DNA of 64,000 nucleotides from an uncultured cyanobacterium (GTDB lineage: Bacteria; Cyanobacteriota; Cyanobacteriia; Cyanobacteriales; Cyanobacteriaceae): assembly GCA_963749915.1 (NCBI GenBank), contig CAVVOP010000008.1:875651-939650 (forward strand), in the 5' to 3' direction. Below, piece after piece: positions 28,366-40,400 of this stretch (the first letter of the stretch is position 1; the number at the start of each line of letters is the position of its first letter). A program made the translations under genes and the position numbers. The notes beneath the pieces were generated by a model. The model searched no databases, was not told the DNA's origin, and worked only from the letters and a program-made list of their open reading frames with translations.

Positions 28366-30258
28366 TAGGACACAGTATCAGGGAAGAATTCCGCCCCTAA
28401 CTCCTCAACCGTATCAACGACTAAAGCTCGATCGAGAAATTCATTCCGTCGTTCACAAGAAGTTTCTGCTATGAGCAAACAGCCATGACAAGCCGAACCA
28501 TGTAAGTATCTCTCTTCTTGTCCATTAGTAGGTTGATGGCTAGAACAAACAGGATCATTGGAGCATAGCCTGCCTATTTCCAAAGCTTTACTCAAATGTT
28601 CTTCAATTCTTCTGCCTACTTCTACCAATCCTCCTAATGTTCCCTCTGAACCAGATGTTCCCGTGTAAAGTAAGATTCCATAGCCTGTATCATTAGCATA
28701 AATTCTTTCTTTAATGGCACTGGGAGCATAACCGCACTCTAAGGGAAACAGCGGTGATCAGTAAATGAGATAGAGAATGCAACATTATATAAGCTGCACC
28801 TGGAAAATTGGCTTTTTCTCTGGATATATTGCGAGAGTCCAACCAGAGATTAAAACCATCTGACAACTCCTTAACTCTTTGTTTTACGGGATTTTTGTTC
28901 ATCCACTCTTCTATTTTCTCGGGACGGAAATTAAGGAATACACCTTCTCCTTTATTCTCGATCGCTGGAACCCATTTATGCTCAAGATCTTCAAAGTCAA
29001 GACTAGCTCTTCTAACGTTGATTGCCAGGTCATCTAATTCACCCTCGATATTAGGCATAGCCGCTTCAAAACGAGTAAAACCAACTAAAGCAATTACCTC
29101 TCGCAGTCGATGAACTAAGACAATGCGATCGATGAAAGGATACCATTGAGAATTTTGGTCTTCTATTAGTAAGGCTTGAGCGTCAAAGTTATCATTTTCA
29201 CTGCCTGAAGTAGCGTTTCTCTCTTCTCCACAGTTGAGTAGAGCTTCTAACTCTACCTGTTTGATACTCTTTTCCACAGGAGGTTGTCCACTTTTACGTC
29301 GTTGTATTTCCTCCCAAACTTGAGCTAAGGAAAATGATTGTAGGTCAGCATACTTAGGCTTTTTTAATGTTTTTCTGACATCATCAATATCTTCTTCGTA
29401 TTCCAGGTCATCATCGTAAAATTTGTCCAGAGCTGTATTCAATTGGGCATGGGGATCTGGAAGAGAAATAACACTGAGAATTTGGGTGAAATAAGCATTA
29501 CTGGCAGAACGAACTAATAAACGATTGTACTCGGGTTTATCAGTGGGAATTGTTTCTCCATCTTGAACTCGATAGGTATGGCAGGGAAATTGTCTTCCTT
29601 GTTCACCTAACCAAGGGCGATGTCCTTGACAAATACCTAAAACTTTGGAGTGTTTAACTTTAGCCTGTGATAAAGGTCGGCGTTTTCCACATTCACATCG
29701 AATATAAATATCCTCAAAGTCATTGCCTGAACCTGCCTCATCTAGCCACAACTGACGACGACAAGAAGTATTGAAATCATCATGAGCAAATCCATACCAT
29801 TCAATGTCGTTTAAATGTCCATTGACACAGGCTTGAACGAATCTGACTGGAACAACTGAGATGTTATTTCCCTCAAACTTGGCACCCCCTTTTACGGCAT
29901 TGTACCTTAACAAAGGGCGAGTTCGATATTCTTTTACTCCCGTTCTGTAGGTTTGAGCAACATTGCCTAAGAACCATTGAGGAAAAACATAGGCATCAAT
30001 CCCAGAAGAAGGGCTGGTGGGATCTGTATTTTTCTGTGGTGGGGTATAAAATTTAACATCATCGATAGCCAATACTTGACAAACTTTATGTCTCAATCTA
30101 TCTTCCCTGATGTATGTTTTCTCGCCCCTCCAGAAACTTAAACCAGATATGATGACTGATTTTTCAGGTAAATCCACCATTGACCCTGGTCCAAAGGTAG
30201 TCAATAGTTGGCTTTGTCTTAATTCACTATTGGGAATTGATTTTTTGTTTGTTTTCAT
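28365..30258 (-). CDS. drmB: DISARM DrmB (DUF1998), +1 frameshift near 28743
   Basis: LRQSQLLTTFGPGSMVDL, HSLSHLLI and CSNDPVC...ACHGCLLIAETSCE. Removing one base restores SLECGYAPSAIKERIY...GTLGGLVEVG. Confidence 0.9.
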
Positions 30259-30279
30259 CGTGAGCTACCTCCGCATTAA

Positions 30280-33200
30280 CTATTTAGTTGATGAATCTTT
30301 AATCCACAATTCCACCGTTGGCTCAACGTCCCTTAAACTTCTTTGGGCTTTGAATTTCTGTTGTTCAAGAGGAGCTTCTTCGGATTTTAGTTCAAAAGCT
30401 GATAGCAATAAAGCAGAAACACTATCCACTTCGTTTTTATCGTATTGAAGTCGTAGTTCTTTATCGGCTCGACTTACCCATGTATCTACTAAATCGTTAA
30501 TTCTGCCACGCAATTCCTGTCTTAATGTTTCACTTTCTTGACCCGATAATTCAGGATTATGGGCTTCCGCACGACGTGAGATAATTTTGATAATGTTTTC
30601 TAATTCTTCCCTATGTTGATTCACCTGACTAGCACCAAGAGGCTTGGTCATTTTAGCAATACCTAATCGAGCGAGGGCAACCATAACTCCTGCTAAACCT
30701 CGATCTAGGGCACGAGGAGAAAAGGGGGTAACGCTGGTGGCTTCTACAGCACGATAAAAGCTATTATGCCAACTCTGAAAACGTTCATAATGCGATCGAT
30801 CTCGGGGACGATGAATATTTAATAATGTGACTACTAACCCCGGACGTTTGGCATCTCGACCGACACGACTGGTACTCTGGATATATTCGGCGGCGGATTT
30901 TGGTTGTCCTAATACCACCATTAAACCGAGACGCACAATATCTAACCCCACCGAAATCATGTTAGTAGCTAGGGCAACATCTACTCCGTTCTTTTTTTTA
31001 TAGATAGGTGGTTTTCGACCTTTTGTAATCTCAAAAGTTGAGGTGAGCTTATTTTTGGTTTCGGCTACTTTATCAGTGCTAACACGGGAAGTTAGTTCCT
31101 CTGGTTGGTCATCTATTTTTCGATTGTTAAAGTACGGGCTGACAGTTTCTCCTTGACGAATACGACGAGCGCCATAATTTGTTAACTGAGGGTTGATTTC
31201 ATCTTCGACAATACGCCGACTACCTCCTAATTCCCTTAGAGAATTAAAATATCCTAATACTGTCATGTAGGGATCTGCTGGATTGGGGTTAATTCTCTGT
31301 TCATGGGCTGATTCCCATTCTTTTTGAGCGGTAGCAAGGAGAGCAAGATAAACTCTTAACAGAATTACTTTGGGACTTCTGCCTTGAGCGGCTACTCCTA
31401 AGTAGAGTCTGCCAGAGGATTGATCATTGCATTCATCAGGGAAGATTGTTTGAGCAAAAAATGAGTCATGACGATCTGAACTAGGAGGTGGAAATATATC
31501 TACACGAGGACGATCGAACAGAGCTTGTATTTGTTTTTGGGCTCTTCTGACAGTAGCAGTGGAAGCAATTATTTTCGGGCGTATTTTTTTCTCTTCTAAT
31601 TCTGTCTCAGATAGGCTTGAATTAATTTTTAAACTATTTTTTTCTTCTTCTGTTAATTCTCTGGTGCAAAGAGAATCGATCGCTGTTTCGTAAAGTCCTA
31701 CCATTGTACCTAAGGGACCAGAAATTAAATGTAACTCATCTTGAATAATTAAATCTGGCGGTGGCAAAGGTTCAGATAAAGGCTTACCTCCTCTCGTGCC
31801 GTCAGCAGGGCCAAAAAAGCCGATATTTTCTAGATAATGGGTGACTTTCCCAAATAATGCTCCTGTTTGTCCCACCCAAGGAAGGTTAGCAAATTTATCC
31901 ACGGTGGCAATTATGAAGCAGGGTAAACGACGATAGATTGTTTCATCTACCGCAACTATGGGTAAACAGCGATCTCCTCTAAATGTGCAACGACGACTAG
32001 GACAAGTAACTCTTAAATCTTGAGGTTGATCTGGATTTGGTCTTAAAGCAAAAGAGTCGGGATTGAAAGGTTCACCACACCAAGGACATTTTTCCAAAGG
32101 AATGGGAGATGTTTGAGTTTTACCTCTTTGAAAGTCAAGGGTTTTTTTCCGAGCCGAATAATCATCTTTATCCCCTTTTTTGCCCATCTTATTGGGAGTA
32201 GCGGCACTACCTACCCACAAGCCAATCTCAAAGGGATGTTTGCCTAAACGAATATTTTTCATCCGTTCGATTTCTAAGGCACAGATCAAGCGAGATGCTC
32301 TTTCTAACTGATCTAAGGTTAGTAAGCGGAGGGTATAACGCATTAACACCGTCAACCCAGCCGACTGAATCCCAGGGTAACGAAATCTTCTTAACACAAT
32401 GGTAAAAGCCGCTAAACCCAAATAGGCTTCCGTTTTACCACCCCCTGTAGGGAAGAAGAGCAAATCCACAACTTCTCGATCTGCACTGGCAGGGTTTGCC
32501 ATACCTTGGAGATTTAGCAAAATAAATGCTAACTGGAATGGTCGCCATTGAGGTGGGTCAAATTCTGTGGGAGCTTTGCCTTGTTCTTGAGCTAATTGTT
32601 GACGGCGGGAAAGAGCGATCGCTCTATTTGCTATTTGAAATGCCTCTAATACATCGGGAGCTTCTAAAAGGTTTAAACCTTCCTCAATGCGTTTACCAGC
32701 CCTCTGAGCATCATTTAAAAGCTTATGAGCAACATCTTGACACTGTCCTACCAATGGTGTTTGTCTTTGTTCTGCGATCCACTGCTCGTAGGCTGTCACC
32801 ATGGGGCTAATCATAGCTTTGATCGCTTCGGCTGAGGGGGCGGAGGCGATCGCTTCCATGCCTAATTCCACATCGGGAGGAGTAAAGGGTGCAACCCTTG
32901 GCACTTCGGCAGTAGGTAGCCATGTAGTCGCAATTTTATAACACTTATCTTCTTGGGCAAAGGAAATTGCTGAGACGTTATGCCCCACCGCAAATTCATA
33001 ATCATGACGATATTGCAAATTCGCTACTGCTTCATCCCAATCATTGCCATTTTCACCGCGATTGTCACAGCGACCAATAAAACCTTCTTTAGATTCTAAA
33101 GTCAGATGAGTTTGAAAGGCAAAACTGCAATCAATAGCTTCATCAAGGGAGAATATCACGATAGTTGACCACAAAGATTGAGATCGAGCGAGTGCCTGGA

Positions 33201-33877
33201 GGGAAAGAAGCCGAATGAACAGGGCGATTAGTAATAAAGAGTTTTAAACCTCTGCTATTAGGGATATTAATTCTTTGTTTTTGTTTATCTGGGGAAAGAG
33301 GAATCGTAATTTCTACAGAGTTAGGTTTGCGTTGCCATAAGACTAAATCTTTCTTGTTAGTTTGATTGTCCGCTATGGCTTCTGTTTTATCCTTATCTCC
33401 TGATTCCATATCGCCCCCCTTACTGAGATTTAATTCTAGATTGCCCCCCTTAGTAAGGGTTGGAGGGATCTGGATCTCATTCTCAGCTTCAACAGAGGTT
33501 AGAGAGACATTTTCATCCACCACAAAATAATCACCCCAACATACTTGAGCTTTTATGTCGCTAACAGTATCCCTCAGAAGGAAACTTAAACCCATAGAAG
33601 AAGGAAAAGGTACTTTCTTCGCCGTCACATTCTCTGGTATCGGGTTATCTTCGGCGGAGAGATTCCCCACTTCCTGCTCTAAATTTTCATCGCCACTATC
33701 ATCGGATTTTTGTTCTAATTTGGCTCCCAAGGGGGCTAAAAACCCCGTTAAATACCACTTAGAAGGAGCTTGAGTTAGCTTTTCCGTTGCATATTTATCA
33801 TCATCAGATGTTGGTCCAATTAAGTCTAATTGCAGAGCCTCTACCAATCTATTTCTTACTTGAGCTGATGTTGTCAT
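30280..33877 (-). CDS. drmA: DISARM helicase DrmA, +1 frameshift near 33145
   Basis: PSKWYLTGFL N-terminus; FPTGGGKTEAY, IIQDELHLISGPLG, ATNMISVGLD and QSTSRVGR motifs. Confidence 0.9.
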
Positions 33878-33937
33878 AAAATTAACTCCTCATCATAGCA
33901 ATCACTATCTGTCTATTCATCAATTAATCTTTCTCCC

Positions 33938-34222
33938 TTAATGATTGCTAATTTCCCCAAGAGCATTATTAATAACCTTTTCTTCTACTCCGTGACGTTT
34001 TAAGCTATCAATCAATTCTAGAAGATGGCCCTGTTCTAGTTTCTCCAAATCCTGACGTAATCCTTGTCCTATATAAGCTCTAATTAAAGGTTGATAGCCT
34101 GAAAATCCTAATAAGGGGGCGATGGTTTTTAATTCCTCCACTACGTCTTCAGGAATACGGAGGGTAACACTCTTCATGGGGCGATCTTTTTTTAGTCTCT
34201 GTTTCAAAGTCTCAATTTTCAT
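33938..34222 (-). CDS. BrnA/CopG-like antitoxin
   Basis: SVTLRIPEDVVEELK...GYQPLIRAYI; overlaps the BrnT gene. Confidence 0.75.
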   Translation of the reverse strand: MKIETLKQRLKKDRPMKSVTLRIPEDVVEELKTIAPLLGFSGYQPLIRAYIGQGLRQDLEKLEQGHLLELIDSLKRHGVEEKVINNALGEISNH

Positions 34223-34517
34223 AGTAGTTACGTTCTTGACGGGTTGCTCGACGAGCAGAAATAATGCGAATCATGTCGTTTTCTTGTTGAATATGAACGA
34301 CAAATAAGAGGTAATTATTTTTATCCATGCCGATAACAGCATCTCTGGTTTCATGATTACGACTTGCATCTACTACCACTAAAAAGGGGTCAAAAAAAGC
34401 TTCTGCCGCTCTTTCAAAGGTAATGCCATTATGCTTAATCGGGTTTTGTTTGGCTTTTTCTTCATTCCAAATAAAGGTTATACCATTGAGGATAAATTTG
34501 AGATCCATTCTACTCAA
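34212..34517 (-). CDS. BrnT-family toxin
   Basis: FIWNEEKAKQNPIKHNGITFE...IRIISARRAT. Confidence 0.9.
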   Translation of the reverse strand: MSRMDLKFILNGITFIWNEEKAKQNPIKHNGITFERAAEAFFDPFLVVVDASRNHETRDAVIGMDKNNYLLFVVHIQQENDMIRIISARRATRQERNYYEN

Positions 34518-34637
34518 TTATAGTTAACTTCGTATTGACAATGTCAATATTTTATTCTCTCATCAATTTGTCTTTTATCCTTCAAAACAAAGTTGCCAGA
34601 GCATTAGCCTAAATAATCTTATATTTCTGATAACGAT

Positions 34638-35045
34638 TTAATTATCTGAGCTAAACCCTTTACCTTTCTGGGATGATTTACTTGGCTTGATCTGCATTTT
34701 GTTATTAGAGGATGATTTGATAGTTTCACTACCTTCCTCTTTTTGATTATTTCCCTTAGAAGTTATCGCCAATAAGCCCATAAAGCCAATTGATAATCCT
34801 TGAACGGGAGGAAACATCATCAATGGTACTCCGAGAAAAAATGACACGACTCCCAGCCAGATTAAATGAAATGGCGATCGATGAAATGCTAAAACCACTA
34901 CAATACAAATAATATAAAGTAACAAAGAAGGTATAGTGGCAGGAAATACACTTTTTCCATTAGCAATAAGATATCTGAGGGATAAAAACTGCCACAATGC
35001 CCAAAATAATGCAATTCCCAGAGTGATATTTTCAGCTATTTCCAT
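34638..35045 (-). CDS. Hypothetical membrane protein (3-4 TM)
   Basis: Hydrophobic helices with a charged tail ending KGKGF. Confidence 0.6.
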   Translation of the reverse strand: MEIAENITLGIALFWALWQFLSLRYLIANGKSVFPATIPSLLLYIICIVVVLAFHRSPFHLIWLGVVSFFLGVPLMMFPPVQGLSIGFMGLLAITSKGNNQKEEGSETIKSSSNNKMQIKPSKSSQKGKGFSSDN

Positions 35046-35083
35046 AGGTAAAACTTGTTTAGATCATGACCATATAATATAGT

Positions 35084-35504
35084 TTATGGCATTTTTTCAT
35101 ATTCAATTAGATTAGCAATAGCGGTAGTGATTTCCTGTAATTTTTCAGGACTTACCATTCCTAGCTTACGGATATAGCGTTGAAAATCTATGCTTCTGGT
35201 TTATAAAGCATCGGCTGCCGATTTTTTCCTTAATCCATTCGTGGAATTTGCTTCGAGTTCAATATGCCAAAGATTATTGACAAAGTAGTCTTTCCAGTCG
35301 GTTATCGGCACGACTAATTTAAACGGTAACTTACAAGACTGCTGGCTAATTCGTAAAACTACGATTATTTACTACTATGCTCCCCTCTCCCAAAGTTGGG
35401 AGAGGGGCTGGGGGTGAGGGCTAAAGAGTTTTCTTGATTTCTGCCCCAATGGTAAGATCTAAGTTGACTAGCCAAATTTCAACTCTTTGAGGCTTAATAG
35501 TCAT
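35084..35504 (-). pseudogene. PemK/MazF toxin pseudogene interrupted by a palindromic repeat insertion and a stop
   Basis: MTIKPQRVEIWLVNLDLTIGAEIKKT...[insertion ~35340-35426]...KLVVPIT...NGLRKKSAADAL*. Confidence 0.75.
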
Positions 35505-35556
35505 ATATCTCTCCTCTATCAAGGTTAACCCACTCCTGCCATAATTTATCTTGCTC

Positions 35557-35802
35557 TTAGTGCCCTTGAATAGCTTCTGCTTGTTCTGCTAACATTTGAC
35601 GATGTTCGGCAAGGGATGTTTTTATAACGTCATATTGAGAGTTAGTCGATTCAGAGGAGTCATTATTACTATCATTGATAGTTTTATTTTCAGGCACGAT
35701 TAAAATTACTTCTACATTCTCCCCTTCTGGTAATGCGGGGAGGTTTATCTCTAAACGATTTCCTTTTTGTATTGTTGCTGTAAGATAGTGAGTTATTTTC
35801 AT
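35557..35802 (-). CDS. Putative antitoxin (AbrB/AF2212-like)
   Basis: NRLEINLPALPEGENVEVILIV, upstream of the PemK pseudogene. Confidence 0.55.
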   Translation of the reverse strand: MKITHYLTATIQKGNRLEINLPALPEGENVEVILIVPENKTINDSNNDSSESTNSQYDVIKTSLAEHRQMLAEQAEAIQGH

Positions 35803-35810
35803 ATTTGGTG

Positions 35811-36143
35811 TTAATCATCAAAGCCTAACCATTCTCTGAGAGCATTTTTCAGATTTTTTACGTCTTCTGAGTTTAAAATTCCTATTTTTTTGATAATCAG
35901 AGTTTCTTTAATGGTAAAAATACCTCTTTTTACTGAACTCTCTACGTTTAATCCCGCACTTTGCCAATTTGCTAGAATAAACTCTCCTCTTTGTAAATTT
36001 TGAGTGCGACTGCTTAGAGGTACGATAAAGTAGTCTTGAGAAGGATGAGAAGCACTAACAATAATAGCAGGGCGAACTTTGGTCGTAGATAAATCAGAGA
36101 AGGGATATTTAACCAAAATGACATCGTGTTTAGAGTAGCTCAT
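35811..36143 (-). CDS. MazF/PemK toxin
   Basis: DVILVKYPFSDLSTTKVRPAIIVS. Confidence 0.9.
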   Translation of the reverse strand: MSYSKHDVILVKYPFSDLSTTKVRPAIIVSASHPSQDYFIVPLSSRTQNLQRGEFILANWQSAGLNVESSVKRGIFTIKETLIIKKIGILNSEDVKNLKNALREWLGFDD

Positions 36144-36333
36144 TGTAAACTTCCTCGTCTGGATGCTCCCAAATTTGTTCTAATGATGCTTGACTAGCCT
36201 GTAACCAAAATTCTTCTTCCTCCACATCGTTAATTTGTTCATCCTTAGCTATCTCACCAACTAAAAATTGTAAGAGGCGAATTTTGTCTAGTTTATTCAG
36301 TTGTTTAACGGTAGGAAATAAGTCTTGAATCAC
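36130..36333 (-). CDS. Putative antitoxin
   Basis: WLQASQASLEQIWEHPDEEVYNEL tail; overlaps the MazF start. Confidence 0.7.
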   Translation of the reverse strand: MIQDLFPTVKQLNKLDKIRLLQFLVGEIAKDEQINDVEEEEFWLQASQASLEQIWEHPDEEVYNELL

Positions 36334-36443
36334 TTGTAATAATTTCAGGTGTCATCATAAAGAGGATTTCACATATTATAACAATGTTGTTATTTCTCAA
36401 CGATTCTCTTTTTGTACTTTTGCGCTGAGATAGTGAGTTGTTT

Positions 36444-36971
36444 TTATAATGTTAATAAACGAATAAAACCTGCTTGAGTAAAATGTTTATCAGTAAGCTA
36501 GTTTGCATCTAAGTTGACTAGTGAAGAGAGGGAACAGGCAACAGGTAATATTTTCAAGCATTTATTATAGTTAATCTCAAAAAATGTAAGTTAAATGCGT
36601 CTTAGCTTAGTAAAGGCTTCAGTTATTCCTTCTTGTTTCATAATCACGAAACTGATACAGTCAGTCAATCCCCAATCTTTATCCAAACGTTGACAATACA
36701 ATTTCCACCCTTGTTGAAAAAGCTCATTACTAACAGGAATAACTAATAAATCAGATACATTTCTCAAACGATTAATAAAGTTAATTGTCTGCTGTCTAAA
36801 ATTAGCAGAATTTAAGGCATCAGCTACTTCTAAAAAGACAAAATCAGAGGTAATAAATTTATAATGTTCTTTCTTTAATTGCTTTCTTATTCTAATAGCA
36901 GAGTCATGAAAATTATCGTGATTATTGATTAATGCTAACCAGGCGGCAGTATCGACAAAAACTTTTTTCAT
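36444..36971 (-). pseudogene. VapC/PIN toxin interrupted by a MITE
   Basis: VFVDTAAW...WGLTDCISF. Removing the insertion restores EAFTDKHFTQAGFIRLL. Confidence 0.85.
36494..36609. mobile_element. ~115-bp MITE
   Basis: Imperfect IRs TAAGCTAGTTTGCATCTAA / TTAAATGCGTCTTAGCTTA, with AGTA duplicated at the junctions. Confidence 0.75.
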
Positions 36972-37196
36972 TTACTCTGTTTCTCTTTTTGGTGTGCCAT
37001 GAAGATAATGATCGTGTTGATAGGCTAAATCCTTAATACCTGTATCAATTTGACAGTCTTGAATAATTGAATCCCATTCATCAATATCTTCATTTTTTCT
37101 TCTCTGACTACGACTTTTTAAAAGTTGATAAATTTCTTCTAAATCTTCTTCTGATAAGTAGTCTAATTCGGCTTTGATTAATTCTTTAATGCTCAT
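36972..37196 (-). CDS. VapB-like antitoxin
   Basis: DTGIKDLAYQHDHYLHGTPK motif, abutting the PIN gene. Confidence 0.75.
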   Translation of the reverse strand: MSIKELIKAELDYLSEEDLEEIYQLLKSRSQRRKNEDIDEWDSIIQDCQIDTGIKDLAYQHDHYLHGTPKRETE

Positions 37197-37445
37197 TTTT
37201 TTACTCTCCTATAATATTAGTTATCAGCTAAAATTTATCTAGTTTACGGTTGGTGATAAGAGGATGTTTGAAAAGCATCAGACGAACATTTGTGAAGAAT
37301 TGTATGAGGTACTTAAACCCTGATTTGTTCGTGAATAAATCACTAATCCAAAATCTAAAATCTAAAATCCAAAATAAAACACCTGTTAATTAAGTACTTC
37401 TCAAAAACCTCTAAGTCGTTATTTGTTTATGTTAGCTCTAATTTC

Positions 37446-40400
37446 CTATGGCTCATTCCCTGTTCCCAAAGAAAGCTCTGTTTGCTCGCCACTCACTTTC
37501 GTTTTCTTCTTCTTAGGCTTCCTCGTAGTTTTTTTCTTGGGTTTACTGTCATCTCCACCAACTCCCCTTAAGGTTTCTTCCTCAGCCCTCTGTTGATTTA
37601 ACTCTAATAATCTGGCTAAGACTTCATCATGGGTGGTTTCATGCCAACGGTAACGCCACGGTAGTTTACGTTTACCTGTGCGCACCATACCATCAAAATT
37701 CATGGCTTCGTCGGCTGTGTCAAAGAAGTAGTCACCTGTGGCAATCCTTTCCTGTGCTTCTGTGGGTAACTCGGTATCGTCTTCAATGTCAAGGTAGTCG
37801 AGGGCGAATCCGCAGGTGGTGTCGATGTCATCCCAACCGTAAGCCTTTAATACTGATTTATCCATTTCGTCATGTAATTCCCGCAGTTTAATTATCTCCT
37901 CATCGGTTTCGTGGGGGTTATGAAAACGGTTATAGGTGTCCGTTAAGCCTTGATTATTCCGTACCATTAATTCGGCTCGATATTCATAGTAGGTTTTACC
38001 GATTTCCTCTAATTCAGCTTCACTTCTGGCTTGTCTGCCATCAAAGGTATTATCACCCTCACCCCTAACCCCTCTCCCATCGAGGGCATTGTCACCCTCA
38101 CCCCTAACCCCTCTCCCATCGAGGGCGAGGGGAATATTATCAGACTCCCTTCCACCCTTGTGGGGGAAGGGCTGGGGATGGGGGGTATTAAGAGGATAGG
38201 GAAAAGGGAAGGTTTCAAAGCAGTCTGATAGGAGTATAACGTAAGTCTATCTTCTAGTGATGAACCAAAAAATCTAGCCCATACTTCATGAATCTTGATT
38301 GAAGGACAGCAAAAGCTGAATAATTGTCTAATGGAAATACATATTAAAGTATTAGAAAAAACCAGTTTTAACAGGTAGAAAAGTAAAGGATAAGTATTGT
38401 GTACTAAAACAGACATAACTAAAACACGATCGAGGGGTGCGATCGCCTTTTTCAATCCTGGTCTTTTTTCCGCATATTGCCACCAACGAACTCTTAAAGC
38501 ATCTCTTTTTTGTTTATCTCTATCTGGCTTAACCTTTTCTTTTATAATAGCCATCAAATCAGGATAATCTCGCCAACATTCTTCCTCTGGGCGATCAAAA
38601 AAGTCAATAGCATAACGATAGTGACTATGATCGGGATTGCTATTAACTTCCTCACCGCCAATATAAGGAAAAATCACTTCTGCATTCTTGGGATTTTGCT
38701 CAATTAAACGGTGCATCTCAGCGATAGGAGTAGCATCGGGGTTACTATCATCAAAAGTAAAACCCATCCCTAAAACAATGCTACCTTGAAAACTCTTATT
38801 CTGATTGGCTTTTAACTTTTCAGGATCTTCATTTCCCCCTGCATGAAATAGGAAAGCCGTGATTTTATCAGTTTCTCGTCCACCAATGGTTTTTCTGCCC
38901 TGATAGTCGCCTTTAAAGACATTAACCACACTGACAACAACTGCCGCCGCCCCTTGCCATTTCACTCGTTTATCGGCGTTGTATATAGTTGCACCGTTAT
39001 TACAAATAAACCTTAACCCCGTAGTGCGTGTATCCCCTTGAGCGATGGTATTAGTAGCAATTAGTCCAAAAGTACCATGCTGGCGAATGATCGTAAAAGC
39101 CCGACGGAAGAAATGGGCTACTAAATCAGAGTTACCATGAGCTTCAGGATGAACAATTTTCAGCCAATCGAGATACCCTTCAGGATTGCTGTTAATGGTA
39201 GTATTTTTACCAGCAAAGGGAGGATTACCAATAATGGCATCAAAACCCGGATTATCTCGCTCAAACACCTCTGGAAACTCCAATTCCCAATTAAAAGGAG
39301 TAATAGGCTTCTCTGTCTGACGGAGACTATTAGCAATGTTGTAAACGGGATGATCAATTTCACCCTCACCCCTAACCCCTCTCCCATCAAAGGCGAGGGG
39401 AATCTCTGACTCCCTTCCCTCCTTGTGGGGGAAGGGCTGGGGATGGGGGGTATTCATTGATTGTTCACCCTCTTGGGGTAAAGACTGAGAATGAGGGGAA
39501 AAAGATAATTGAGATGCTCTCCAATGACGCACCACTTCGGCATATTCGCTTAACTTCTCCTCCCTTTCTTTTGTCTTGCTACCAGAGAAAAATGCCGCTA
39601 CTTTCACATCACCGATTAATCGAGCCTCTTCTAACTGCATTTCCGCCTGTCGCCACTGCTGTAACTTAATCTCTGCATCCTCATCGGTTTGAGTATCTAC
39701 CGATTGAATTTCATCTCGATAGGATTTAGCTTTATCTATTTTCTCCTTAAGCAACTTCATTAGCGGTAAATCTTGAGTACTATCCTTACCAAAAGAACCA
39801 ATTTCCGCCCTGGTTAAACCGACAAGGGAATCCCCGCATTTAAGAGCATGATCGACAAAAGTAAAGGGCAAATCTTTGGCTAAAGTGACTAACCAAAGGG
39901 ATAACTTAGCTAGATTGACAGCAAAAGGATTTTTATCCACCCCATATAAACACCGTTGAGCCACTAATCGTCGGGCATAAAGTAACGGCTCGATATTTTG
40001 AGGGATCTCCCTTCCACCTTTGTGGGGGTGGAGATGGGGGGTAATATCAGACTCCCTTCTACCCTTTTGAGGAAAAGGTTGGGAGGTATTTAATGCTGTC
40101 CCTCTCCCATCGAGGGCGAGGGGAGCAATAGTAGAAGAAGTTAAGCTATTTTTAATAATTTGTAAGGCTTGAGGTAAGTCTTGCTCTACTCTCTCACTGG
40201 GTATTCTGACAAAACGAAGTCCTAGTGACTCCAAAAGTTCTTGACGTTGCCTATCTAAATCCTTTTGAGCTTCATGAATGCCACCGTCAATCTCTACAAT
40301 TAACCTTTGTTCAGCACAGAAAAAATCAACTACAAAATTACCAATAGGTTGCTGACGACGAAACTTTAACCCTTCTAATTTACGCTCTCGTAATGATTGC

